The translations under genes were made by a program, and so were the position numbers. From Gemmatimonadota bacterium (GTDB lineage: Bacteria > Gemmatimonadota > Gemmatimonadetes > Gemmatimonadales > Gemmatimonadaceae), in the NCBI GenBank assembly GCA_040389905.1, contig JAZJZK010000023.1:32001-96000 (forward strand): DNA of 64,000 nt. The letters run 5' to 3'. How positions within the stretch are numbered: position 1 is the stretch's first letter; every line of letters begins with the position of its first letter. The notes beneath the pieces were generated by a model, which ran no database searches, was not told where the DNA came from, and saw only the letters and a program-made list of their open reading frames with translations. This document shows positions 18,229-27,159 of the stretch, in pieces.

Positions 18229-20361
18229 ATGACTACTCAGAAACGGCCGCTCTTCGATCCGCCGATCGTTCGGCGGGCGATCGGAGATGCCTTCACGAAG
18301 CTGGCGCCGCGCCACATGGTGCGGAACCCAGTGATGTTCGTGGTGCTCATTGGTAGCGTGCTCACCACGCTGGTGCTCGTTCGTGACATCGCCGGCGGAC
18401 GGCCCGACATCGGGTTTACCATCCAGATCGCACTCTGGCTGTGGTTCACCGTGCTCTTCGCCAACTTCGCGGAAGCGATGGCGGAGGGTCGCGGCAAGGC
18501 GCAGGCAGACACCCTGCGGAAGTCGCGCACGGAGACGACAGCGAAGCGTCTAACCGCAAGAAGTGCAGATCCCTCGACTTCGCTCGGGATGACAGGTGGG
18601 GGCGTCGGGGTGACAGGTGGGGTGCCCGGGGTGACAACGGGTGCACAGGCGCCTACCACGGTGGTCGCCGCGCCTGATCTGCGCCGTGGTGACCTCGTGC
18701 TGTGCCTTCCGGGGGACGTAATCCCGAGCGATGGCGAAGTCGTCGAAGGCGTTGCGTCGGTGGATGAGTCTGCAATTACCGGTGAGTCAGCACCCGTCGT
18801 GCGCGAGAGCGGTGGCGACCGTTCCGCCGTCACCGGCGGTACGAAGGTGCTGTCCGACTACCTCGTCATTCGCATCAGCGCTAACCCTGGCGAGACGTTC
18901 CTCGACCGCATGATCGCGCTTGTCGAAGGCGCGTCGCGGCAGAAGACGCCGAACGAAATTGCCCTCACGATTCTGCTGTCGGGCCTCACGATCATCTTCC
19001 TGCTGGCAGTCGTTACGCTCCAGCCGTTCGCCATCTACAGTGGTGCACCGGTGGCGATTCCCATTCTGATCGCACTGCTGGTCTGCCTCATTCCCACCAC
19101 GATTGGTGGTCTGTTGTCGGCCATCGGCATCGCGGGCATGGATCGGATGATCCAACAGAACGTGATTGCCATGAGTGGCCGCGCGGTAGAAGCGGCGGGC
19201 GATGTGAATACGCTGCTGCTCGATAAGACCGGTACCATCACACTGGGCAACCGCCAAGCCTCGGAGTTCATTCCCGTTACCGGCGTGGAGCTCGATGATC
19301 TCGCTGATCGCGCGCAGCTCTCGTCGCTGCCAGACGAGACGCCGGAAGGACGCAGCATCGTCGTGCTCGCGAAGGAGAAGTTCCGCCTCCGAGCCCGCGA
19401 AGCGCACGGCATGGAGTTCGTGCCATTCAGTGCAACGACCCGTATGAGTGGTGTCAATGCCGGCACGACACTGGTACGCAAGGGCGCCGGCGATGCCGTC
19501 GCGCGGTGGGTGAACGAGCAGGGTGGAACGATTCCGTCGGATCTCGAATCCATCGTGAGTCGCGTGGCGAAACAGGGAGGCACGCCACTCGTTGTCGCCG
19601 AGCGGCGCGGCGATGCCGCGGCGCGTGTGCTCGGCGTCATCTATCTGAAGGACATCGTCAAGGGTGGCATGCGCGAGCGCTTTGATCGGCTCCGGGCCAT
19701 GGGCATTCGCACCGTGATGATCACCGGCGACAACCCGTTGACCGCCGCAGCGATCGCACAGGAAGCGGGTGTTGATGACTTCCTCGCCGAGGCCACGCCC
19801 GAAGACAAGATGTCCCTCATCAAGCGGGAGCAAGCGGGCGGCAAGCTCGTTGCCATGACAGGGGACGGAACGAACGACGCACCAGCGCTTGCGCAGGCCG
19901 ACGTTGGCGTCGCGATGAACACCGGCACGCAGGCCGCGAAGGAAGCCGGCAACATGATCGACCTCGACTCCAATCCGACGAAGCTTATCGAGGTCGTGGA
20001 GATCGGGAAGCAGCTGCTCATGACGCGCGGCTCGCTCACAACGTTCTCGATCGCGAACGACGTCGCGAAGTATTTCGCGATCATTCCTGCGATGTTCGTG
20101 GTGACGTATCCGCCGCTCCAGGCGCTCAACATCATGCGCCTGCACTCCTCGCAATCGGCGATCCTGGCGAGCGTGATCTTCAATGCGCTCATCATCATCG
20201 CGCTGATTCCGCTCGCGCTGCGCGGTGTGCGGTACCGCCCCGCGCCTGCGGCGACGATCCTGCGCCGCAATCTCGTGATCTACGGGTTCGGCGGCCTGAT
20301 CGTCCCGTTCATCGGCATCAAGCTGATCGACGTGCTCCTCGTCTTCGCACATCTGGTCTAA
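18229..20361 (+). CDS. kdpB: K+-transporting ATPase subunit B (P-type ATPase)
   Basis: DKTGTIT phosphorylation motif, [18 protein letters not shown] 18229 is 1 nt after the kdpA stop. Confidence 0.98.
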   Translation: MTTQKRPLFDPPIVRRAIGDAFTKLAPRHMVRNPVMFVVLIGSVLTTLVLVRDIAGGRPDIGFTIQIALWLWFTVLFANFAEAMAEGRGKAQADTLRKSRTETTAKRLTARSADPSTSLGMTGGGVGVTGGVPGVTTGAQAPTTVVAAPDLRRGDLVLCLPGDVIPSDGEVVEGVASVDESAITGESAPVVRESGGDRSAVTGGTKVLSDYLVIRISANPGETFLDRMIALVEGASRQKTPNEIALTILLSGLTIIFLLAVVTLQPFAIYSGAPVAIPILIALLVCLIPTTIGGLLSAIGIAGMDRMIQQNVIAMSGRAVEAAGDVNTLLLDKTGTITLGNRQASEFIPVTGVELDDLADRAQLSSLPDETPEGRSIVVLAKEKFRLRAREAHGMEFVPFSATTRMSGVNAGTTLVRKGAGDAVARWVNEQGGTIPSDLESIVSRVAKQGGTPLVVAERRGDAAARVLGVIYLKDIVKGGMRERFDRLRAMGIRTVMITGDNPLTAAAIAQEAGVDDFLAEATPEDKMSLIKREQAGGKLVAMTGDGTNDAPALAQADVGVAMNTGTQAAKEAGNMIDLDSNPTKLIEVVEIGKQLLMTRGSLTTFSIANDVAKYFAIIPAMFVVTYPPLQALNIMRLHSSQSAILASVIFNALIIIALIPLALRGVRYRPAPAATILRRNLVIYGFGGLIVPFIGIKLIDVLLVFAHLV
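18561..18636. repeat. REP-like family A copy plus two 21-bp tandem derivatives inside the kdpB reading frame
   Basis: aagtgcagatccctcgacttcgctcgggatgaca (18561-18594) nearly matches the intergenic copies at 10429-10461 and 27094-27127. It is followed by ggtgggggcgtcggggtgaca and ggtggggtgcccggggtgaca. Confidence 0.88.
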
Positions 20362-20365
20362 CAGC

Positions 20366-20401
20366 AGGTGCGGACCCTCCGCTCGCTCAGGGCGACAAAA
20401 C
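20366..20401. repeat. Single REP-like family A copy between kdpB and kdpC
   Basis: aggtgcggaccctccgctcgctcagggcgacaaaac, compare 58640-58677. Confidence 0.75.
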
Positions 20402-20430
20402 GAGCAGAAAACGCTCACATAGGACGACAA

Positions 20431-21030
20431 ATGATTCGCAAACTGATTCGCCCCGCAATCGTGATGACGGTCGTGCTCTGCGTCATCACCGGGCTCATAT
20501 ATCCAGGCATCGTCACCGGTCTCGCGCAGACGCTCTTTCGCCGCCAGGCGAACGGCTCGCTCGTCGAAGTGAACGGCAAGGTGGTCGGCAGTGAATTGAT
20601 CGGCCAGACGTTCACGCAGCCGTACTACTTCCACTCGCGTCCATCCAACGCGGGCGCCGGCTACGACGGTACCGCATCATCGGGAACCAACAAAGGGCCG
20701 ACCGACCTGAAGCTCGCGGACACACTCGTCGCGCAGGCTGTGGACGCTGCCGTCACTGGCGACGGCGCAGTCAAGGGTCAGGTGCCGGGCGACATGGTCA
20801 CGGCCTCTGCGTCAGGGCTCGACCCACACATTTCGCCCGCAAACGCGCGTCTTCAGGTCGCGCGGATTGCGACCGCTCGCGGCGCGGCGCCTGCCGCCAT
20901 TCAGTCACTCGTGGACGCCCATACGGAAGGCCGTCAATTCGGCTTCTTCGGTGAACCGCGCGTCAACGTCCTACTTCTCAATATTGCGCTCGACAGCGCA
21001 TTCGCTCGGCCCGCTGCGCCGACCAAATAG
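20431..21030 (+). CDS. kdpC: K+-transporting ATPase subunit C
   Basis: QANGSL...GSELIGQ.F....YFHSRPS, VTASASGLDPHISP, GEPRVNVLLLN. ATG 20431 follows the RBS agga. Confidence 0.96.
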   Translation: MIRKLIRPAIVMTVVLCVITGLIYPGIVTGLAQTLFRRQANGSLVEVNGKVVGSELIGQTFTQPYYFHSRPSNAGAGYDGTASSGTNKGPTDLKLADTLVAQAVDAAVTGDGAVKGQVPGDMVTASASGLDPHISPANARLQVARIATARGAAPAAIQSLVDAHTEGRQFGFFGEPRVNVLLLNIALDSAFARPAAPTK

Positions 21031-21040
21031 AGGCAACCAG

Positions 21041-22147
21041 ATGTTCCGCAACACACTGGCCTTCGCGGCCATGCTGATTTCTCCCACCGTCCTGAGTGCG
21101 CAAGGCACTTCGGCCGTACCGGACACGACGCCAAAGATCACGTTCGGCGGATTCGTCGATGGCTACTATGCCTTCGACTTCAATCGGCCGGCGAACTTCG
21201 ATCGTTCCTTCACTACACAGCCGGCGAGGCACAACGAGTTCAACGTGAACCTCGCATACGTGGAGGCAAAGCTCGACGCGCCTCGCGCGCGTGGCCGCTT
21301 TGCGATCCAGACCGGCACGTCGGTGCAGTCCAACTATGCCGGAGAGCCGCGTAACGGCGGCGTCAGCGGTCCAGACCTCGCGCGCCTCATCCAGGAAGCC
21401 ATTGTCGGCACGAAGATCGGCGAGAATGCGTGGGTCGATGGTGGCATCTTCTTGTCGCACATCGGAATGGAGAGCTTCATCTCGCGCGACAACCCGATGT
21501 ACACACGCTCGCTCGTGGCCGATTACTCACCCTACTACGAGACGGGTGCCAAGTTGTCATGGCAAGCGGCACCGACCGTCTCCGCAACGTTCGTCGTCGT
21601 CAACGGCTGGCAGAACATCTCCGAGACGAACGCGGCGAAGTCGGCCGGCATGCGCATTGACTACGTCCCCAGCTCGAGCACCACGTTGAGCTACTACAAT
21701 TACGTCGGCAACGAGGCCGCGGACTCGGCAAAACACAGTCAGATTCGTTTCTTCAACGGCGTCGGCCTGAAGAGCAGCCTGACGAGCCAGTTCACGGTGC
21801 TCGCACAATTCGACTACGGCGTGCAGGGGCACGCCAGTGGATCGGGCAGCTCGAGCTGGTATGGAGGCATGCTGACAGGACGCGTTCAGGCGACTCCCAT
21901 GACGGCGATCGTGTGCCGAGTCGAGCGGTACGATGATAAGGATCAGGTGATTCTCGCAACGGGCCTTGCCGCCGGGTTTCGCGCGAACGGCGCGTCGATC
22001 GGCATTGACGTCACACCGCAGTCGAGAGTGTTGTGGCGCACGGAGCTTCGCGGATTTCAGGGCGAAAACGCCGTGTTCCCGCAGCACACCGGTGGACCCT
22101 CGAAGAGCGACGCGTTTGTCGTGACGTCGCTCGGGCTGACATTCTAG
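21041..22147 (+). CDS. Putative outer-membrane beta-barrel porin (DUF1597/BBP2-like) in the kdp operon
   Basis: Signal peptide, GGFVDGYYAFDFNRP, SHIGMES, YSPYYETG, C-terminal LGLTF. Confidence 0.8.
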   Translation: MFRNTLAFAAMLISPTVLSAQGTSAVPDTTPKITFGGFVDGYYAFDFNRPANFDRSFTTQPARHNEFNVNLAYVEAKLDAPRARGRFAIQTGTSVQSNYAGEPRNGGVSGPDLARLIQEAIVGTKIGENAWVDGGIFLSHIGMESFISRDNPMYTRSLVADYSPYYETGAKLSWQAAPTVSATFVVVNGWQNISETNAAKSAGMRIDYVPSSSTTLSYYNYVGNEAADSAKHSQIRFFNGVGLKSSLTSQFTVLAQFDYGVQGHASGSGSSSWYGGMLTGRVQATPMTAIVCRVERYDDKDQVILATGLAAGFRANGASIGIDVTPQSRVLWRTELRGFQGENAVFPQHTGGPSKSDAFVVTSLGLTF

Positions 22148-22176
22148 ATGCAACGCCTGCGAATTGGCCATTGTTC

Positions 22177-22266
22177 GTTTTGTCGCCCTGAACGCAGCGA
22201 AGGGCCCGCACGTGCTGTTGCGCGCCTTGAGGTGCGGGCCCTTCGCGTTGCTCGGGGCGACAAAAC
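22177..22266. repeat. REP-like family A inverted pair
   Basis: gttttgtcgccctgaacgcagcgaagggcccgcac ... gtgcgggcccttcgcgttgctcggggcgacaaaac. Confidence 0.85.
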
Positions 22267-22293
22267 AGGCCAACCCCATCTCGGAAGCGTGCC

Positions 22294-23475
22294 GTGACTG
22301 AGCGTCGGCGCGAACCGAGAACAGATCCCGATTTCCTGGCGCTGGTCAAGCGCCAGGAACGCGGGAAGCTGAAGCTGTACATCGGTTCCGCGGCCGGCAC
22401 CGGCAAGACGTATCGTATGATCAACGAAGCGCACGATCTTCGCCGTCGCGGCGTCGACGTCGTCATCGCCTTCGTGGAGACGCACAAGCGTGTGGACACG
22501 GAAGCGCAACTGCGTGACGTGGAGATCGTGCCGCGCCAGAGAATCGAGTACCGTGGCGTGACGCTCGAGGAGATGGATGTCGACGCGGTGATCGCTCGGC
22601 GACCGCAGGTGGCCGTCGTGGATGAACTCGCGCACAGCAACGTGCCCGGCGCGCGGCATCGCAAGCGGTGGGAGGACGTGACGCAGCTGCTCGACGAAGG
22701 CATCAATGTGATCTCCGCCGTCAACGTGCAGCACATCGAATCACTGAACGATGTCGTTGCCTCGACTCTGGGCGTCACCGTCCGCGAGACCGTTCCTGAC
22801 TGGGTCGTTGCATCCGCCGACCAGGTGGTGAATCTGGATATCTCCGCCGAGGACCTCCGCCAGCGCCTTCGCGAAGGAAAGATCTACGATCCGGGGAAGG
22901 TCGAGGCGGCGCTGCGGAACTTCTTCACCGACGAGAATCTCACGACATTGCGCGAGCTCGCGCTCCGTGAAGTCGCTGGGGCCGTCGATCGGTCGCGCGA
23001 AGAGATCGTGCGGCGAGAAACCGGCTCCTTTCCGGCAGCCGCGCCGAGGACGGTGGAACGCGTCCTCGTGGCGATGTCGAGCAACCCGCCCTATACGGCG
23101 GCACTGCTCCGAAAGGCGAGCCGTATCGCCGGACGTCTCAATTCCGATTGGTACTGTGTATACGTCCAGACAAGTAACGAACGGGCCGACCGCATTGACA
23201 GCACGGTCCAGCGCACGCTCGTGGCAAATATTCAACTTGCGCAAAGCATGGGCGCGGAGATCGTGAAGCTCGAGGGCGACGACGTCGCAGGTGCCCTCTG
23301 CAAGTTTGCGACGAAGAAGGGAGTCACACTGGTGATCGTGGGGCAGAGCAAACGCTCCCGTCTGCATCACTTCACGAAGGGCTCGGTCGTTGACCAACTC
23401 GTGAACAACACGGAGGGCCTCGATGTCCTCGTCGTGTCATTCGATCCCGCCAAGTCCACGGGAGACCGGTCGTGA
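22294..23475 (+). CDS. kdpD: Stand-alone KdpD N-terminal sensing domain plus universal stress (USP) domain
   Basis: RGKLKLYIGSAAGTGKTY (Walker A), VDELAHSNVPG, NVQHIESLND, FFTDENLTTLRELALR. C-terminal USP with VIVGQSKRS. No TM or kinase domain. Confidence 0.9.
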   Translation: MTERRREPRTDPDFLALVKRQERGKLKLYIGSAAGTGKTYRMINEAHDLRRRGVDVVIAFVETHKRVDTEAQLRDVEIVPRQRIEYRGVTLEEMDVDAVIARRPQVAVVDELAHSNVPGARHRKRWEDVTQLLDEGINVISAVNVQHIESLNDVVASTLGVTVRETVPDWVVASADQVVNLDISAEDLRQRLREGKIYDPGKVEAALRNFFTDENLTTLRELALREVAGAVDRSREEIVRRETGSFPAAAPRTVERVLVAMSSNPPYTAALLRKASRIAGRLNSDWYCVYVQTSNERADRIDSTVQRTLVANIQLAQSMGAEIVKLEGDDVAGALCKFATKKGVTLVIVGQSKRSRLHHFTKGSVVDQLVNNTEGLDVLVVSFDPAKSTGDRS

Positions 23476-24473
23476 AGATCAGTCATCGACTGTATCTCAC
23501 GGTGGCGCCGTCCATTCTTGCCGTTCTGTTGTTGGCGGGACTGATCTACTGGGGCCAGTTCTCACGGACGGCGCCCGAATTGGTCATCGTCGGTGGGGCA
23601 TTGGCGGCGACCGCCTCCCTCATCATGACATGGTCGAATGCGCGCTACGTGGCTCGACGTCTCGAGCGCATCGTCGGCGGCTCGTCGGCCCACGGAACGC
23701 AGAAGCCGTCACTGCGCGGCGTCGCCAGCGCCATTGCGCCAGGCAAAGCCGCCGCACCGCCGGACGAGATCGACGAAATCGAAAGCGTCGTCGATCGGTT
23801 GTCGAACGCGATCGAGATTGCCGAGGGAAAGAGTGCAGACCGGGAGCAGCGCTTCGAGCAACGCGCGCTTGACTATGCGCGGCTTCTCGCGTCCATCGCC
23901 GATGCCTCGACGCAACGTCTGGAGGAGGTACGGCTCCCGCTGCACATCCTCCTTGAGAATCACTTCGGTGACCTGAACGAGAACCAGGAAGAGATGCTCG
24001 GTGCAGCGCGTACGGCAGCGGAAGCGGCTGATGCCGACATGCTCGCCTTACGACAGATCGCCGCGCTCGATCTCGGCGAGCGACCGCTGCGTGAAGATCG
24101 CATGAAGCCCTCGGACATCCTCGATGCCCTTCGCCCGATGTTGCTTGCCGCCGCGGAGAGCGCGGGCGTGACCATCGAGTTCGACCTTGCACCAGCGCTT
24201 CCGGGAATCTTCGGCGATCGGGCGCTTCTTCAGGATGCGCTCGTCACTGTCCTCCGCGACACGGTGGCGAGTTCCCCTCGCGACAAATCGTTGCGCATCG
24301 AGGTCGAACGCGAAGGAGCATGCATACGGTTCTCGGTGAGAAATGCGGGGACAGCCCCCATTACGGTGCGATGGGCCGCGGCGGTTCGCGTCATCCAGGC
24401 GCACGCCGGATCCGTCGGTCGTGCCGACGGGGTGCTACACATTGAACTTCCCAGTGAGAGCGTACGAACGTGA
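23472..24473 (+). CDS. Degenerate membrane histidine-kinase-like protein (2 TM, HAMP-like, HisKA-like without His, eroded HATPase)
   Basis: DEIDEI HAMP-like motif. The H-box region reads STQRLEEVRLPLHILLENHFGDLNENQEEML. No N/G1/G2 boxes. GTGA overlap with the upstream gene. Confidence 0.65.
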   Translation: MKISHRLYLTVAPSILAVLLLAGLIYWGQFSRTAPELVIVGGALAATASLIMTWSNARYVARRLERIVGGSSAHGTQKPSLRGVASAIAPGKAAAPPDEIDEIESVVDRLSNAIEIAEGKSADREQRFEQRALDYARLLASIADASTQRLEEVRLPLHILLENHFGDLNENQEEMLGAARTAAEAADADMLALRQIAALDLGERPLREDRMKPSDILDALRPMLLAAAESAGVTIEFDLAPALPGIFGDRALLQDALVTVLRDTVASSPRDKSLRIEVEREGACIRFSVRNAGTAPITVRWAAAVRVIQAHAGSVGRADGVLHIELPSESVRT

Positions 24474-25045
24474 AATCCATCGTAGTCCTAGACCGCCGGT
24501 GGTCCGCGGTTGCGATCATTCTGGCATTGCTGATGACGAGCGCATGTCGCTCGGACAACACGCGCCGCCCGCCAAACCTCGACGACGTTGGTGTTCATCT
24601 CGCGGGGACGTGGGACGTCACGCTTCGTCTTGACCGCCCGCTCACGCTCGCGACGGACGCGAGCAGTCTTCCGCGGACCGTCGCGGGCACCATCGTGCTC
24701 CTCGAAAACCGTGACCCCCGTCTCGCGTTCGGTGAGCTGCGAGCGCCGACGCACGTGGGTACCTACGACATCGATTTGGTGTCGCTCGGCTTTCCAGCAA
24801 CGGATGCCGGCGCGATTCCCGGTGTTGCCGCTCGCTCCTTTTCGATTGGTCTCGCGCCGACACCAGCAGAGAGGCAAGATTCCGTGTTCCTCATCCTCAA
24901 TCCAGAGTCGCCGCGACTCATGTTGCGTCTGAACGGAACGTTCAACGGTGAACGTGCAGAAGGGGTGTGGATGTCGGAAACGTTTCTCGGCGGTGGTGGG
25001 GCGTTCACACTCACCAGGCGAGCGGGTGTCAAGGCGAGGACATAG
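24470..25045 (+). CDS. Hypothetical lipoprotein
   Basis: Hydrophobic N-terminus ending LMTSAC (lipobox-like), LAGTWDVTL beta-rich start, GTGA overlap with the upstream gene. Confidence 0.6.
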   Translation: MKSIVVLDRRWSAVAIILALLMTSACRSDNTRRPPNLDDVGVHLAGTWDVTLRLDRPLTLATDASSLPRTVAGTIVLLENRDPRLAFGELRAPTHVGTYDIDLVSLGFPATDAGAIPGVAARSFSIGLAPTPAERQDSVFLILNPESPRLMLRLNGTFNGERAEGVWMSETFLGGGGAFTLTRRAGVKART

Positions 25046-25081
25046 CGACGAAATGAAACCAGAGCCTGCCCACGTACACGT

Positions 25082-26989
25082 GTGAACGCTCAGCCTGAAC
25101 GCGGGCGCCGACAACTCGCCGCGGCGTCGATAGCGGCGCTCGGTGTCGTCTTCGGTGATCTGGGAACAAGCCCGCTGTACGCGTTGCACGATACGTTCGT
25201 CGGCTCAAATCCCGTGATCGTAACGCACGAGAACGTGCTCGGAATTCTTTCGCTCTTTGTCTGGTCCCTCATTATCGTCGTCAGCGGCAAGTACCTCGTC
25301 CTGATGATGCGTGCGGATAATCGCGGAGAAGGTGGAATCTTCGCGCTGCTGGCACTCACCGGCGCTACATCCGCTGGAGCCGATGCAGCACGCCGTTCGC
25401 GGATTGTGTCCACGATTCTCGTACTGGGCATTGCTGGAGCCGCACTGCTCTATGGCGACGGTGTCATTACGCCGGCGATTTCGGTACTCAGTGCGGTTGA
25501 AGGTCTCGCGGTCGCGACGACGGCGCTCAGGCCCTACGTGGTTCCGGTGACCGTCGTCGTACTCGTAGCGCTGTTTTCCGTCCAGCCATTCGGATCGGCG
25601 CGAATCGGCCGAGTGTTCGGGCCCGTGCTTGCGCTGTGGTTCGTCGTCATTGCGGCAATCGGCATTTGGGGAATCGTCCGAGAGCCAGCCGTGCTGTGGG
25701 CCCTCAATCCCGTTCACGGCGCGCGGTACTTCGTGGTACACGGATGGCGAGGCTTCCCGGTGCTTGGTGCGGTCGTCCTCTGTCTCACTGGCGGCGAAGC
25801 CCTTTACGCCGACATGGGACACTTCGGACGCCGACCGATTCGCGTGGCCTGGTTCGCACTGGCATTTCCCAGTTTGGTGCTGAGTTACCTCGGGCAAGGG
25901 GCGATCCTGCTCACGAATGCCGCCGCTGCGGAGAACCCATTCTTCCGTTCCGCGCCGAGTTGGTCACTCTATCCGTTGATCGTCCTCGCCACAGCCGCGA
26001 CCGTGATTGCGTCGCAAGGATTGATCACCGCCGTATTCTCATTGACCGGTCAGGCGGTAAAGCTCGGACTGAGTCCGCGGCTCGATATCGTGCATACATC
26101 GTCAAGTGAGATCGGACAGATCTACCTGCCGGCGCTCAACTGGGTGTTGATGTTTGCGTGCGTGGCGCTCGTGCTGATCTTCCGCTCGTCCACGCGATTG
26201 GCTGCCGCGTTCGGCCTCGCGGTGTCAGGCACCATGACGATTACGACGCTGCTCTTCGTAGCGGTCGCTCGCAATCGGTGGAAGTGGAGTGCAGTGCGTG
26301 TTGCGGTAGTCGCCGGTGCCTTTCTCTTCATCGATCTCGCCTTCCTCGGCGCCAACATGCTGAAGATTCCGGAAGGAGGATGGATTCCACTTGCGATCGG
26401 CGCGGTCGTCTTCACGCTGCTGGCCACCTGGCAACGCGGGCGCGCATTGCTCCGTGTTTCCGAGGAAACGCGCGCCGAAGCAGCCGTTGGTATCGAGCGC
26501 CTCATCACGTCGATTCGGGAGGGGTCGGCCGCCCGTGTGCCTGGTACGGCGGTATACATGAACGGCGTGCCGGAAGGCGTGCCTCGCACCCTGTTGCACA
26601 ATCTCAAGCACAACCGAGTGATACACGAGCGCGTGGTCTTCCTCACGGTGCTGACCGATGACATTCCCTTTGTGTCGGATGATCAGCGCGTGACCGTGAC
26701 CGTGATTGCTGACGGTTTCTGGCGAGTCGTCGCTCGATATGGCTTCATGGAGGAGCCAGACGTTCCAGCCGTCATGACGATGGCCGCGTCGCAGGGCCTC
26801 CCATTTCGCCGGGACGAGACGACGTATTTCCTCGGCCGCGAGACGATCATCTCGGCGGAAAAGCCTGGTATGGCGCGATGGCGCGAGCGGTTGTTTGGAT
26901 TGATGGTGCGTAACGCGCGCCCGGCGACGGCATATTTCGGCCTGCCGCCCAATCGCGTTGTCGAGCTCGGGGCGCAGGTCGAGATCTGA
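25082..26989 (+). CDS. kup: KUP/HAK/KT potassium transporter (copy 1)
   Basis: LGVVFGDLGTSPLYA, ADNRGEGG, YGDGVITPAISVLSAVEGL, GGEALYADMGHFG. Confidence 0.96.
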   Translation: MNAQPERGRRQLAAASIAALGVVFGDLGTSPLYALHDTFVGSNPVIVTHENVLGILSLFVWSLIIVVSGKYLVLMMRADNRGEGGIFALLALTGATSAGADAARRSRIVSTILVLGIAGAALLYGDGVITPAISVLSAVEGLAVATTALRPYVVPVTVVVLVALFSVQPFGSARIGRVFGPVLALWFVVIAAIGIWGIVREPAVLWALNPVHGARYFVVHGWRGFPVLGAVVLCLTGGEALYADMGHFGRRPIRVAWFALAFPSLVLSYLGQGAILLTNAAAAENPFFRSAPSWSLYPLIVLATAATVIASQGLITAVFSLTGQAVKLGLSPRLDIVHTSSSEIGQIYLPALNWVLMFACVALVLIFRSSTRLAAAFGLAVSGTMTITTLLFVAVARNRWKWSAVRVAVVAGAFLFIDLAFLGANMLKIPEGGWIPLAIGAVVFTLLATWQRGRALLRVSEETRAEAAVGIERLITSIREGSAARVPGTAVYMNGVPEGVPRTLLHNLKHNRVIHERVVFLTVLTDDIPFVSDDQRVTVTVIADGFWRVVARYGFMEEPDVPAVMTMAASQGLPFRRDETTYFLGRETIISAEKPGMARWRERLFGLMVRNARPATAYFGLPPNRVVELGAQVEI

Positions 26990-27035
26990 TGGCTTTGGCC
27001 GAAGGCTGCGCGGTTAGGCGTGGGCATGACTGTGA

Positions 27036-27127
27036 TTGTCACCCTGAGCGAGCGAAGCGAGTCGAAGGGTCTGCACCTCGTATCCAGGCGGCAAGTGCAG
27101 CCCCCCTCGACTTCGCTCGGGATGACA
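27036..27127. repeat. REP-like family A inverted pair between convergent kup genes
   Basis: ttgtcaccctgagcgagcgaagcgagtcgaagggtctgcac ... gtgcagcccccctcgacttcgctcgggatgaca. Confidence 0.85.
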
Positions 27128-27159
27128 GCCTTAACTGAACAACATTGGCTAGCCATGCT

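Noticed and set aside
18787..20634. 615-aa minus-strand ORF (and similar long antisense ORFs such as 1936-2970, 7358-8386, 17055-18230)
   Set aside because: These overlap well-supported genes on the opposite strand and are typical high-GC shadow frames.
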